A stretch of DNA of 64,000 bases from Fimbriimonadales bacterium (GTDB lineage Bacteria; Armatimonadota; Fimbriimonadia; Fimbriimonadales; ATM1), in NCBI GenBank assembly GCA_026129745.1, contig JAHCHL010000011.1, positions 1-64,000 on the forward strand, written 5' to 3'. Below the pieces are notes generated by a model. That model saw only the letters and a list, made by a program, of their open reading frames with translations. It did not search any database and was not told where the DNA came from. Of this stretch, positions 1-9,672 are shown piece after piece (the first letter of the stretch is position 1; every line of letters starts with the position of its first letter). The position numbers were made by a program, and so were the translations under genes.

Positions 1-1014
1 CCAAACGCACAACGCGACTGGCGCAACATCTCCGAGATTGCAGTCGATCCTGATCCAACTTCGTTTCATACGGTTCAATTGATGGAAGCCGCGTTGGACG
101 CCGCCAAGGCTCGGAACCTTGCGGTCATTCTTACGCTCTCATCTTCGAATGAACTCAATCCGTCGAGCGGATGGACTCGAAGCAGGTTCAATAAGGAGAA
201 CGGTGGGCCGTGCGATTCTCCAGACGAGTTTTGGACAAACTTGCGCGCGAGACTGCTTTACAAGCGGGGCCTCCGCTACCTCTTTTCGAGACTTCAAAAC
301 TACGACAACATCTTGGGTGTGGAGTTCTTCCATGGCATTGAGGCACCAGCGTTTTGGATTCAGGAAATGGCCAACGAGGTAGTTGGCGTTCACACGTACT
401 TGCTTCCGATTTCTTCTTTTCCAGGCGCCCCGGATGTTTGGAGATTGAACCGAGTGGGCTACGCTACGATTCCGGTGACCTATCGTGATACGCCGGCAAG
501 CACAGCTCTGCAGGTTGTTTCGGATATCAGGTCTGCGCGTTCGGCAACAAACAAGCCAATTGTGCCAATTGCCTCTGCAAGGGCGGCAAACGCTGAGCAA
601 GCTCGCATGGCGGTCTGGACTTCGATTTTTGGTGGAGCCGCCTCAGGAGCGGTTTTGGCTTCTGCAAGCGAGGCGGCGTTCGATCACGAGCCATTCAATC
701 GGTTTGTATCGAAAGTGGACTGGCAAAGAAGAAAATTCATCGAAATTGTGCCCGTGGTTTTGGATGGCATCTATGCGTGTGCGCTTGGAGATGAATCGGG
801 GGCCATTGCTCTGGCAGTGCCTGAAGGGCAGGCAGCGATGGTTGGCAACATCCAATTGCCAGTTCAACGCGACGGCAACTACAATTACGCTTGGTACGAC
901 ATTGCGACCGGCGAGGAATTAGGGTCTGGCGAATCGAGGGCGAGTGGAAACAACCTATCCATTCCTTTGGCAAGAAGTTCCCATGGCATTGCAGGCGTTA
1001 TCACTCGCAAGTAA
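1..1014 (+). CDS. Partial CDS, open from the window edge with no in-frame stop from nt 1. Possible TIM-barrel glycoside hydrolase-like protein.
   Basis: Frame 1 is open from position 1 through the stop at 1014. There is an NEL motif reminiscent of the GH5 NEP catalytic motif. The call is weak. Confidence 0.35.
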   Translation, partial: PNAQRDWRNISEIAVDPDPTSFHTVQLMEAALDAAKARNLAVILTLSSSNELNPSSGWTRSRFNKENGGPCDSPDEFWTNLRARLLYKRGLRYLFSRLQNYDNILGVEFFHGIEAPAFWIQEMANEVVGVHTYLLPISSFPGAPDVWRLNRVGYATIPVTYRDTPASTALQVVSDIRSARSATNKPIVPIASARAANAEQARMAVWTSIFGGAASGAVLASASEAAFDHEPFNRFVSKVDWQRRKFIEIVPVVLDGIYACALGDESGAIALAVPEGQAAMVGNIQLPVQRDGNYNYAWYDIATGEELGSGESRASGNNLSIPLARSSHGIAGVITRK

Positions 1015-1675
1015 GTGCGTTGTTTTTACTTCAGTTGTCGTTGCTACGGCAGTGACTTACTCGGGCCAACGAACGGTCGCAGACGTGCTCAAGAACACGC
1101 GACCGAAAGTCGAAACAAAATTCAAACCGCTCTTTCTGCAACATCAGCTTACTTGGCCGCCGAAGAACCTCGTGCTCGTTGCGCTCAAGCGTGAGAAGAA
1201 GTTGGAAGTGTGGGCGCATGACGATGGCACTACACCCAAGCTCGTAGCGACCTACGACATCCTGGCTGCGAGCGGAGGATTGGGGCCTAAGCGAAAGGAG
1301 GGCGATAGGCAAGTGCCTGAAGGATTCTATAACCTTTCGTATCTCAACCCAAACAGCAGATACCACCTGTCGGTCTTCATCGATTACCCGAATAAAGAGG
1401 ACATCGCCCATTCGAAAGTCCCGAGATATCAAATGGGCGGAGAAATTTTCGTGCACGGAAGGGCGGTATCCATCGGCTGCATCGCAATCGGTGACGCTGC
1501 CATCGAAGAAGTGTTCACGCTTTGTGCCCTCACGCCTTCCAGCAAGCGGCGAATCGTCATCTCCCCGGTCGACTTTCGGAAGGAGCCAGAGTTTGCGATG
1601 AAGATGGAAGAGTCTTGGGTTCAAGCGTTGCATCATCGAATCAAGCAGGAGCTGCAATCGAAGTTCATGCGATGA
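944..1675 (+). CDS. YafK/ErfK-family L,D-transpeptidase-fold protein
   Basis: SGGLGPKRKEGD..PEGFY and HG...SIGCIA motifs align with E. coli YafK (DpaA). The true start is probably the internal Met near 983, followed by a hydrophobic stretch. Confidence 0.75.
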   Translation: METTYPFLWQEVPMALQALSLASKCVVFTSVVVATAVTYSGQRTVADVLKNTRPKVETKFKPLFLQHQLTWPPKNLVLVALKREKKLEVWAHDDGTTPKLVATYDILAASGGLGPKRKEGDRQVPEGFYNLSYLNPNSRYHLSVFIDYPNKEDIAHSKVPRYQMGGEIFVHGRAVSIGCIAIGDAAIEEVFTLCALTPSSKRRIVISPVDFRKEPEFAMKMEESWVQALHHRIKQELQSKFMR

Positions 1676-1730
1676 AACCCGGCTAAGCAATCCGCTGTAT
1701 AATTGCTGCACCTAACCAAAGGAGAGTTCA

Positions 1731-2834
1731 ATGTCACTGTGGGACAAGATTAAGGGCGAGTTTATCGACATCATCGAGTGGACCGATGATTCGAACGACA
1801 CGATGGTCTACCGATTCGAGCGGTATGGCAATCAGATCAAGAACGGCGCCCAATTGACAGTTCGCGAGAGCCAGGTCGCCGTGTTCATCAACGAAGGACA
1901 GCTGGCGGACGTCTTTACACCCGGACGCTACGAACTGACAACGCAGAACCTGCCGATCCTATCGACCCTGAAGGGGTGGAAGTACGGATTCAACAGTCCA
2001 TTCGTTGCCGAGGTTTATTTCGTCAATACGAAGCGGTTCACCGATCTGAAGTGGGGAACGATGAACCCGATCATGATGCGGGATCCTGACTTTGGCATCG
2101 TTCGCGTACGGGCTTTCGGCACTTATGAGATCAGGGTGAGCGACGCGGCACAGTTTTTGCGAGAAGTCGTTGGGACAGACGGCATCTTTACCCAAGATGA
2201 AATCACGAACCAAATTCGGAATCTGATCGCCTCCCAGTTTGCAGATGTGATCGGCCAAGCGAAGATTCCGGTTCTCGATCTCGCAGGCAACTACAAGAAC
2301 ATGGGAGACATGCTCGTCAACGCAATTGCTCCCAAGTGTCAGGAGTATGGACTCGAGCTGACTCGAATGCTGATCGAAAACATCTCGCTTCCACCCGAAG
2401 TCGAGGAGGCCATCGACAAGCGCAGCAGCATGGGTGCGATCGGCAACATGGACCAGTTTCTCAAGTACCAAGCTGCCGAGTCACTAACGCAACCTGGTGG
2501 CGGTGGAACGGCGAGCGACGCGATGGGGATGGGTATGGGCTTTGCGATGGCAGGTCAGATGGCGCAGAGCATGAATCAGCAGCAGCAGCCGGCTGCTACT
2601 CCGCCGCCTGTGCCGCAAGAAATCGTGTACTTCGTCGCGGTGAATGGTCAGCAGACAGGCCCATTCAATATGCAGCAGCTTTCTCAGATGGTCGCTTCAG
2701 GTGAATTGGTCAAAGACTCGCTCGTTTGGCGAGCAGGAATGGAAGGCTGGGCCGCAGCGGGCTCGCTGCCGGATCTTTCTACGGTATTCGGACCGCCTGC
2801 TCCACCTCCACCTCCGCCGCCACCGCAGCCGTAG
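1731..2834 (+). CDS. SPFH/Band-7 family protein (Band_7_1 type) with C-terminal GYF_2-like (DUF4339) domain and a poly-Pro tail
   Basis: The N-terminus MSLWDKIKGEFIDIIEWTDD is typical of the YdjI-like SPFH family. The C-terminus has a Gln/Gly/Met-rich linker, then VYFVAVNGQQTGPFNMQQL...LVWRAGMEGW (GYF-like), then PPPPPPPPQP. Confidence 0.75.
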   Translation: MSLWDKIKGEFIDIIEWTDDSNDTMVYRFERYGNQIKNGAQLTVRESQVAVFINEGQLADVFTPGRYELTTQNLPILSTLKGWKYGFNSPFVAEVYFVNTKRFTDLKWGTMNPIMMRDPDFGIVRVRAFGTYEIRVSDAAQFLREVVGTDGIFTQDEITNQIRNLIASQFADVIGQAKIPVLDLAGNYKNMGDMLVNAIAPKCQEYGLELTRMLIENISLPPEVEEAIDKRSSMGAIGNMDQFLKYQAAESLTQPGGGGTASDAMGMGMGFAMAGQMAQSMNQQQQPAATPPPVPQEIVYFVAVNGQQTGPFNMQQLSQMVASGELVKDSLVWRAGMEGWAAAGSLPDLSTVFGPPAPPPPPPPPQP

Positions 2835-2884
2835 GTTTTCAAACCTCCGAGCTGCTCACGCAGAACCGGACTGGTTGATTTCGC

Positions 2885-3955
2885 ATGTCTGTCAAACGGT
2901 TTCCATGCCAGCAATGTGGTGCCCAGCTCTCCTTCGAGCCGGGGACCGTGAACCTTAAGTGCGACTATTGCGGCTTCGCCAACCATATTCCTCAGTCCGA
3001 AGACGAAATCGAGGAACTCGACTTTCATGAATATGCGAATAAGGCGATGGAGGAAGCTGTCGACGACGGCCAGCAAACGGTCAAGTGCAGCGCGTGCGCA
3101 GCGGAGTTTACAGCGCCTGCGAAGGCAGTTTCGGACATTTGCGCGTTTTGCGGGTCGAATGTGATAATTCCCGTGCCTCCCGAAGCGCGCATTCACCCAA
3201 AATCGCTGTTGCCTTTCAAGCTGAAATCGAAAGATGCACGAGAAGCCTACAAAAAGTGGCTTCAAAAGCTCTGGCTTGCTCCAACCACTCTCAAGCGATT
3301 CGCGTTATCTGAGGGGGGGCTTACGGGCATGTACGTTCCGTATTGGACGTATGACAGCGACACCACAAGTTGGTACACCGGAATTCGAGGAGAACATTAT
3401 TGGGAGACTGAAACTTATCGGGACTCGAGTGGCAATACGCAAACGAGGCAAGTTAGAAAGACGCGGTGGTATCCGGCATCGGGCGTCGTTTGGAATTCGT
3501 TCGATGATCTGCTGGTCTTAGGCAGCCATCACATTCCTCCGAAGCACGGACGTGCGATGAAAAATTGGGATCTCGATCAGCTCGTACCGTACTCCGATGA
3601 ATTTCTTAGCGGCTTTCGCACGCAGCGGTATGAGATTGAACTTGAAAGCGGCTTCGAAGAAGCGAAGACGATGATGGTGCCACAAATTCACACCAGCATA
3701 CGCATCGACATTGGTGGCGACGAGCAGCAGATTACGTCGGTCAAGACACAGTACGACAACATCACCTTCAAGCACATTCTGCTCCCGATTTGGCTCGGTT
3801 CATATAGATATCGGCAAAAATCCTACACGTTTCTTGTCAATGGCAGGACTGGAGAAGTGGCCGGTGACGCGCCCATCAGTTGGTGGAAGGTCGCTGGACT
3901 TGTGTTGCTTGCGATCGTCGTGGTCGGACTGATACTCTTCCTGGCAAGCCGTTAG
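2885..3955 (+). CDS. Double zinc-ribbon protein with C-terminal transmembrane anchor; partner of the SPFH protein (YdjG-like)
   Basis: There are two CxxC-x(n)-CxxC pairs (CQQCG..CDYCG; CSACA..CAFCG) and a C-terminal hydrophobic helix WWKVAGLVLLAIVVVGLILFLA. It lies 50 bp downstream of the SPFH gene on the same strand. Confidence 0.6.
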   Translation: MSVKRFPCQQCGAQLSFEPGTVNLKCDYCGFANHIPQSEDEIEELDFHEYANKAMEEAVDDGQQTVKCSACAAEFTAPAKAVSDICAFCGSNVIIPVPPEARIHPKSLLPFKLKSKDAREAYKKWLQKLWLAPTTLKRFALSEGGLTGMYVPYWTYDSDTTSWYTGIRGEHYWETETYRDSSGNTQTRQVRKTRWYPASGVVWNSFDDLLVLGSHHIPPKHGRAMKNWDLDQLVPYSDEFLSGFRTQRYEIELESGFEEAKTMMVPQIHTSIRIDIGGDEQQITSVKTQYDNITFKHILLPIWLGSYRYRQKSYTFLVNGRTGEVAGDAPISWWKVAGLVLLAIVVVGLILFLASR

Positions 3956-5559
3956 TTTCCGCGCGGATTGTTCTTTGCCAATGCTTCAAACAGTCGTTGC
4001 GCTTCGAGTTCAAATCCAAAAACGATGGCACCAGGATCTTTTCGGTACGCCACATACGGTCTGATGCAATGCATCAGTTGGCTAATGCTTAATTCGATAT
4101 CGTATAGTTGTTTGCGGTTGAAGTCGTACTTCAGCAAGACTCCAAAACTCGTTGCCGGGAACTTAAAGTCTGCACGGAAATGAATCGCGTGCGATGAATA
4201 GAGCCGGTCGATGTCGAACTGCGGAGTACCGAATCGCAACGCTTTGAAGTAAGCAGCGCTGAATTGCATTTCGCTATTGGGTGTGTATACGAATCCGAAC
4301 ATCGGTCGAACCCAAGAGTAAGCAGGTGCGTTTCCGAAGAACGAACCAAAGTCCCAGCGCACTCTGAACGCCAAGTTCTCAGAGATCTTCGCATCGGGCA
4401 ATGCAACCGTGGCGTACGCTTCAGCACGCCTGATGACATTCGGCGTGAGCCGCTCTCGAACGGAGCCATACTCCACTTGCGCTTGCCAAGGCATCTTGCC
4501 AATTGACCCTGAAGACTGGATTCCAAGGAACCATTCACGGTCGAATCTCGTTCCGGCCCCAAGTCGCTGAGTCGCGCCGACGTTGGTGCTGCGGCCGACA
4601 TAAACAGCCGTCGCTCCCTGTTCGATGCTGCGATCCTCGTCTCTCATCGAGCGGACCGTGATGTTGTCCCAATAACCGTTTTTGAACCGCTCGCCGTCCT
4701 CGTTGCGGATCCCGATGACCTTGCCCGCATCTTGCTTAGTGCGCTTTTCGATGGAGTATGCGAGATTCATGTTCACAACGGGGACCGAGTGAAATGCGGC
4801 GCTCTGTTCGTAAAGCAACTGGGCGTTTGATCCAATCGAAGTCAGATTGTGCCACCGGTATCCTGGACGGAATCCACTCGTAAGTGTCGGTTGAGGAAGT
4901 GCGATGCCGGTTTCTCTTGGTGCGAGAAGCGTGTAGTAATCAGGAAACGGAAGCTTGAAGTTTTTTCCAAGCCAAAGTTCACCGCCTTTCCAAGTGGCTC
5001 TGTCTCCTGTGCGAATCGTCAGTTCTTTGAAACGAAACTGGAAATCCGGAGTCTCGCGATCGCATGCAGTCGCCATAACGCCATTCAACTGAATGACCAT
5101 TGCTTCCGGTCCGCCTGGCGCACGAGGACCAATCTTCATTTCCTTGGCGTGAAATTTTCCTTCCAATGCAACGATCTCGACATCATGTGCGAATCCTCCT
5201 TTGAAGAGAAAGGTCGATTCACCGTCTTCAGAAGTGACTTCTTCGATGTCAGCCTCGACCTCTTTTGCATGGATCGTGCCCCAGGGGTCTTTGATCGAAA
5301 GACTGCCAGACAATTGGACCTTGCCATTCAGCAAGTCAACGATTCCGGTCTCCGCTTCCATTGTCGTTTCGAAATACCGGAGCAGAACGCGTCCATGAAA
5401 TGTGTGCCGACGAGAATCGAGTTCCACTTCAACTCTGTCAGCTTCGATCGTCACATCCCCGAGCCTTAGCATCGGCCGCTGCTGAACGACCGCACACTCT
5501 ATCATCGAATGCGGCAAATGAAACTCAGGGGGGATGAGGGCCGGAGGCCCGAAAATCAT
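3952..5559 (-). CDS. Putative outer-membrane beta-barrel protein with OstA/LptD-like N-terminal domain
   Basis: An N-terminal beta-jellyroll-like region is followed by a long C-terminal region with alternating aromatic/hydrophilic beta-strand patterns and a terminal aromatic-rich segment. No clear signal peptide is present at the called start. Confidence 0.4.
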   Translation of the reverse strand: MIFGPPALIPPEFHLPHSMIECAVVQQRPMLRLGDVTIEADRVEVELDSRRHTFHGRVLLRYFETTMEAETGIVDLLNGKVQLSGSLSIKDPWGTIHAKEVEADIEEVTSEDGESTFLFKGGFAHDVEIVALEGKFHAKEMKIGPRAPGGPEAMVIQLNGVMATACDRETPDFQFRFKELTIRTGDRATWKGGELWLGKNFKLPFPDYYTLLAPRETGIALPQPTLTSGFRPGYRWHNLTSIGSNAQLLYEQSAAFHSVPVVNMNLAYSIEKRTKQDAGKVIGIRNEDGERFKNGYWDNITVRSMRDEDRSIEQGATAVYVGRSTNVGATQRLGAGTRFDREWFLGIQSSGSIGKMPWQAQVEYGSVRERLTPNVIRRAEAYATVALPDAKISENLAFRVRWDFGSFFGNAPAYSWVRPMFGFVYTPNSEMQFSAAYFKALRFGTPQFDIDRLYSSHAIHFRADFKFPATSFGVLLKYDFNRKQLYDIELSISQLMHCIRPYVAYRKDPGAIVFGFELEAQRLFEALAKNNPRGN

Positions 5560-5575
5560 GCGGCGAGTTTACACT

Positions 5576-5860
5576 CTAAATGTGCGCACCGATGCACCAG
5601 GAAACCCACACAACTGAATAGACGGTGGCCCCGCATCCGGCAGCGAGCCTCACGAATCGCTCATCGAACTGCCGGTACCACTGCAAACCGATGAACGCCG
5701 CTACGATCGTGGCAAGCTTGACAACCACGAATAGCGCTGGGTGCGTGTGGAGCAGAGGACGCATCAGGGGGTTCAGCTCTTCGATCAACCCGAAACAGAA
5801 AAGCACTGTGGTCAGAACCAAGTCGAACATGGCGATTGCGACCAAGAGCGTTACGGGCAT
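5576..5860 (-). CDS. Small integral membrane protein (DUF5658-like)
   Basis: About 95 aa with 3 hydrophobic helices. The ORF-track N-terminal extension (5861-5971) is Arg/Pro-rich and probably non-coding. Confidence 0.4.
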   Translation of the reverse strand: MPVTLLVAIAMFDLVLTTVLFCFGLIEELNPLMRPLLHTHPALFVVVKLATIVAAFIGLQWYRQFDERFVRLAAGCGATVYSVVWVSWCIGAHI

Positions 5861-5912
5861 GGGCGGACGAGCGAGCAACACGCCTGGTGATGTGCATTTT
5901 TCAGGCCAAAAT

Positions 5913-7553
5913 CTAAAGCGGGTATCCATTTGCTTCGAATGCGGCTTCGGAAACCGTGGCTGACCCAGCAAAAGAAACGGCAGGCATCTCTACTTTCGCA
6001 CTTAGACCGCAACGGTCCAAAAGCTCGATCAGTCTCGATGCAGCTGTTGTCGTAGCGACTGCCTCAAAGTGCGAAGCGGCTGCAAGCGCAACTTCTGAAT
6101 TGGCGTGCCCAGAAGCTTTCAGTTGCTCCGCTCTCACATTTGCGGACTGACTCGCGAAGTGCAGCATCGCTAAATCGCTTGCGCATGCGACAATTTCTTG
6201 TTCCCCGAGATGGTCCTTGGCAGCACGCGATCCACGGATGAGGAATTCGTGGATGACTGTTGTCGGTGACGCGTCCGCGAGCTTTTCAACAAGGCCCCGC
6301 TTTACGATTCTGTCGAATGCGAAAACGCGGTTAATCTCGTTCGTTCCTTCGTAGATCCGCATGACGCGCGCGTCCCGATAAAGGCGTCCGACCGGAAACT
6401 CTTCGGTGAACCCATATCCGCCGTGGATTTGCAACGCTTCGTCGACAGCGTAACTCAGCGTTTCCGTTGCAAAAACTTTGACGAGCGAACATTCGATTTG
6501 AAACTCCTCCGCTGCTTTGCGATTCTCTTCGACCTCATTGCCATTGGGGTCGACCGATGCGAAGGCACGATCGATCAGGTTCGCAGTTCGATACAGCATG
6601 CTTTCGGCTGCGAAGAAACTTGACACTGATCGGGCGATCTTGTCTCGAATGAGGCCGAAAGATGCGATGGGCTTCCCGAACTGCTTTCTCTCCTTTGCAT
6701 ACTTTGTACCGATGCTTAGCGCGGACCGCACTTGTCCAGCTGCCATCGCGGCCAATTTGCAGCGGCCGATGTTGAGAGTGTTGAAAGCGACTTTGTGTCC
6801 TTGACCAGGATGATAGAGAACGTTTTCCGCTGGGACGCGAACGTTGTCCAAAATGAGTCGAGCGGTCGATGACCCTTTCAAGCCCATCTTGTGTTCTTCT
6901 CGCGATATGGAAACGCCTGGCATATCCCTCTCGACAATGAACGCCGTAAACTCTTGTCCGTCGACCTTCGCAAACACGATGAACGATCCTGCCCACTTCG
7001 CATTCGAGATCCACATTTTTTTGCCCGAAAGCACATAGTCGCTTCCATCGCACACTGCCTTTGCACTGCCGCTTAGCGCATCCGATCCACTCTTCTCTTC
7101 GCTCAATGCGTACGCGCCCATGTATTCGCCAGCAGTGAGCGGCGGCAAGTATCGCGATTTCAGATCGTTCGTTCCGAAGAGTGCGATCGGCATTTGTCCG
7201 ACGCCCTGATGAACACCGATGGTCGTGCTGAAACTGCCGTTCAGGCTGAGCATTTCGAGAATTCGCGTCGCGACTGATTTGGGTAGCCCTAAACCTCCGT
7301 ATGCTTCCGGGCTATCGGGTCCACCGAATCCGAGGTCGCATGCCTTGCGAACGAGCGACATCATCAGTCCTTCTTCTTGCTCATCCAAGCGCTCGATAAG
7401 TGGGATCACTTCGTTGCGGGCGAATTGAAAGGCCGTATCGGCCATCAATTGCACATCGGAATCGAAGTTCTCAGGAATGGCGATGGGAGGATGAGACTCA
7501 AACAGAAAAGACCCGCCGGAAGACGAATGGGTCGCTTGGTCTGCAAGGGACAT
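5913..7553 (-). CDS. Acyl-CoA dehydrogenase (long form with C-terminal extension)
   Basis: GGYGFTEEFPVGRLYRDARV..IYEGTNEI is the C-terminal ACAD signature. Total length is 546 aa. Confidence 0.85.
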   Translation of the reverse strand: MSLADQATHSSSGGSFLFESHPPIAIPENFDSDVQLMADTAFQFARNEVIPLIERLDEQEEGLMMSLVRKACDLGFGGPDSPEAYGGLGLPKSVATRILEMLSLNGSFSTTIGVHQGVGQMPIALFGTNDLKSRYLPPLTAGEYMGAYALSEEKSGSDALSGSAKAVCDGSDYVLSGKKMWISNAKWAGSFIVFAKVDGQEFTAFIVERDMPGVSISREEHKMGLKGSSTARLILDNVRVPAENVLYHPGQGHKVAFNTLNIGRCKLAAMAAGQVRSALSIGTKYAKERKQFGKPIASFGLIRDKIARSVSSFFAAESMLYRTANLIDRAFASVDPNGNEVEENRKAAEEFQIECSLVKVFATETLSYAVDEALQIHGGYGFTEEFPVGRLYRDARVMRIYEGTNEINRVFAFDRIVKRGLVEKLADASPTTVIHEFLIRGSRAAKDHLGEQEIVACASDLAMLHFASQSANVRAEQLKASGHANSEVALAAASHFEAVATTTAASRLIELLDRCGLSAKVEMPAVSFAGSATVSEAAFEANGYPL

Positions 7554-7615
7554 GGCGCCTTCTTACCCCAGCCCATCGCCTCGATGCCGACCGGGGTTCG
7601 GGTACAAAATCGACC

Positions 7616-8092
7616 GTGGCCGCGCGATCCTATTGGCTATTCAAGTCTGAACCTGATTGCTACTCATTCGACGACTTACTAAACGAGCCATCGGGTCGTG
7701 GTCACTGGGACGGCGTTCGTAACTATCAGGCGAGAAACTTCTTGCGAGACCGGACGTCGATTGGAGACGGCGTGCTGTTCTATCATTCAAGCTGTCCCGA
7801 ACCTGGCGTCGTCGGCATCGCGAAAATAGTTTCGGAAGCGTATCCGGATCACACGCAGTTCGATCCAAATTCTGAAGCGTATGACCCAAAGTCGAAACAG
7901 GATGATCCGCGATGGTGGATGGTTGATATTGCCGCAGAAGAAAAGTTTCTGAAGATCTTACCGTTGGCAAGGATGCGCCAAATGCCCGAGCTTGTGTCGA
8001 TGATCGTGCTGCGAAAGGGCAACATGCTGAGCGTTACGCCTGTAACCAAGAAAGAGTGGGACGCTGTGATTCGTGAAGCGAAGTCGCTCTAA
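7616..8092 (+). CDS. EVE (PUA-like) domain protein
   Basis: YWLFKSEPDCYSFDDL...NYQARNFLRD..GDGVLFYHS is a canonical EVE/Thump-like fold signature. The GTG start at 7616 avoids overlap with the divergent ACAD gene. Confidence 0.7.
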   Translation: MAARSYWLFKSEPDCYSFDDLLNEPSGRGHWDGVRNYQARNFLRDRTSIGDGVLFYHSSCPEPGVVGIAKIVSEAYPDHTQFDPNSEAYDPKSKQDDPRWWMVDIAAEEKFLKILPLARMRQMPELVSMIVLRKGNMLSVTPVTKKEWDAVIREAKSL

Positions 8093-8094
8093 AC

Positions 8095-8844
8095 CTATCG
8101 AACGCGAAACAGCGCGGTGTCGACGGGCGCATCGACAACGACTCTCACAATCCACTGGTTGGTGACTTTGTAGCTGACTGTTCGTCGAGTGCGCTCATCT
8201 TGGCCCTGGATGATTTCTTCGAATACCATGCCAAGAAAGTCGTACTCTTTGCTGAGATAAAACCATGCTTTCGTGAAAGCAGCCGCACCTGGACTGCCAG
8301 GCCCACCCACACCGATTCCGTAATCTGCAACGAATCGCCACGCTGGAACACCGTTTGCGGTCACTTCATCTTGAAACTTGATGTTTCGAATCGGCTTCGT
8401 GAACGTGACGACGTCGTATGGGTTGTAAATCGCAAGGCTCGTAGCGAGTTGGCGGTCGAGCATTAGAACCGAGAAAGCGTCCGATGCATCTTTAATCGAT
8501 TCAGGAGCCTCAGTGAACACCATGCGTGCGGCGGGATCGTAGTTCTTCCAGATTTCAGGAGCATTGAAGCCAAGCAATTTGCCATCCGATACGGCCCGGA
8601 AGGTTTTTCGGTCACCTGTTGTCTTGATTTGCTCGATAAAAAGCAAGTTCGGCTTTTGTGTTTGCAGCGTTGTAAGGATCGTGCTCTTGCCTACGCCTTC
8701 GACTGTCTGATTGAATTCGATCGTCCCTTTGACGGTCTTTGCTTCGTAGTACTTGGTGAGCATCTTCTCGAAGGCGACCTTCCCGTCGGGCGGTGTGCCT
8801 TGTGGGGCGATTAGTAGGGCGAGTGCAGCAAACACTGTTGACAT
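8095..8844 (-). CDS. Exported LolA-like (lipoprotein carrier-like / DUF2092-like) protein
   Basis: It has a signal peptide and a VSDGKLLGFNAPEIW motif, and is paralogous to the next gene. Confidence 0.5.
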   Translation of the reverse strand: MSTVFAALALLIAPQGTPPDGKVAFEKMLTKYYEAKTVKGTIEFNQTVEGVGKSTILTTLQTQKPNLLFIEQIKTTGDRKTFRAVSDGKLLGFNAPEIWKNYDPAARMVFTEAPESIKDASDAFSVLMLDRQLATSLAIYNPYDVVTFTKPIRNIKFQDEVTANGVPAWRFVADYGIGVGGPGSPGAAAFTKAWFYLSKEYDFLGMVFEEIIQGQDERTRRTVSYKVTNQWIVRVVVDAPVDTALFRVR

Positions 8845-8910
8845 CTTGCGTCTCCTGAAAAACGACGAGTTCTATGTCGAATGAGGTTCGAACTCAAGGA
8901 TACCTTGTGA

Positions 8911-9672
8911 CTATCGAATCGCGAAGATCGAGTCATCGACCGCAGCGTCCACTTGCAAGTTCACGTTCCAGCGGTTGACCACGTTCAAAGTGATGTTCAA
9001 CCCGGTGCGCTGATCGCGGAAATTGAGAGACTCCTCGAACTCCATCGCGACCAGATCGCCCTGTTGCGTAACGAAAAGCTGAATCGGAATCCAGGCGTCG
9101 ACGCCGTTTCTTTTGGTGGGATCACCTGGGCCAAATCGTGAAAACGCGTAGCTCGCTTCCAGATGGTAGATGGTTCTTCCGCCGTCCTTTATTTCATCGA
9201 CGAGCTTTGGAGCGCGGATTCCTTGTGAATAAATTTTGATGTCAGCCGGGTTGTAGAGCGCCAACGCGACAGGAAGGTTTCGGTCGAGCAATATCGAAGC
9301 AAACGTGTCGAGGGCACCTTCGATTTTCTCTGGTGCATAGCCATAAACGGTGCGCGCTCGCGGTGACATTCGTTGCCAATCGGGCGGTGCGGTGAAAGCG
9401 ATCTGCTTGCCATCGCTCGCCGCCATGAAGATCGCTGGCTGGCCGGTGCGCTTCGTTTGGCGGATGGAGAACTTGTTCGGCTGCTTTGCCGCGACCTCCG
9501 TGAGAATGATCGACTCAGATTTGAGATCGCCTGCAACTCCTGATTGCACGAACTCGATCGTCCCGATGATCGACTTCGCGTTTTTGTATCTTTCGAACGT
9601 CGTGTCCCAAAGCTGAGCCGCTGTAGGCTGTGAAAGCGGACCAAAGACAAGGGCAGCAAGCAAACCGGTCAC
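8911..9672 (-). CDS. Exported LolA-like protein, tandem paralogue of 8095-8844
   Basis: It has the same length and architecture, ASDGKQIAFTAPPDW, and a matching C-terminal pattern (DAPVDTALFRVR vs DAAVDDSIFAIR). Confidence 0.5.
   Translation of the reverse strand: MTGLLAALVFGPLSQPTAAQLWDTTFERYKNAKSIIGTIEFVQSGVAGDLKSESIILTEVAAKQPNKFSIRQTKRTGQPAIFMAASDGKQIAFTAPPDWQRMSPRARTVYGYAPEKIEGALDTFASILLDRNLPVALALYNPADIKIYSQGIRAPKLVDEIKDGGRTIYHLEASYAFSRFGPGDPTKRNGVDAWIPIQLFVTQQGDLVAMEFEESLNFRDQRTGLNITLNVVNRWNVNLQVDAAVDDSIFAIR

Noticed and set aside
1031-1711. Antisense ORFs overlapping confident genes (e.g. 1031-1711 -, 1959-2471 -, 11749-12516 -, 11934-12776 +, 14704-15288 -, 15777-16349 -, 16225-16962 -, 60478-61377 +)
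   Set aside because: They are shadow ORFs opposite long, well-supported coding regions (LDT, SPFH, IDH, ClpC, RpoC). They are Arg/Ser-rich with no motifs.
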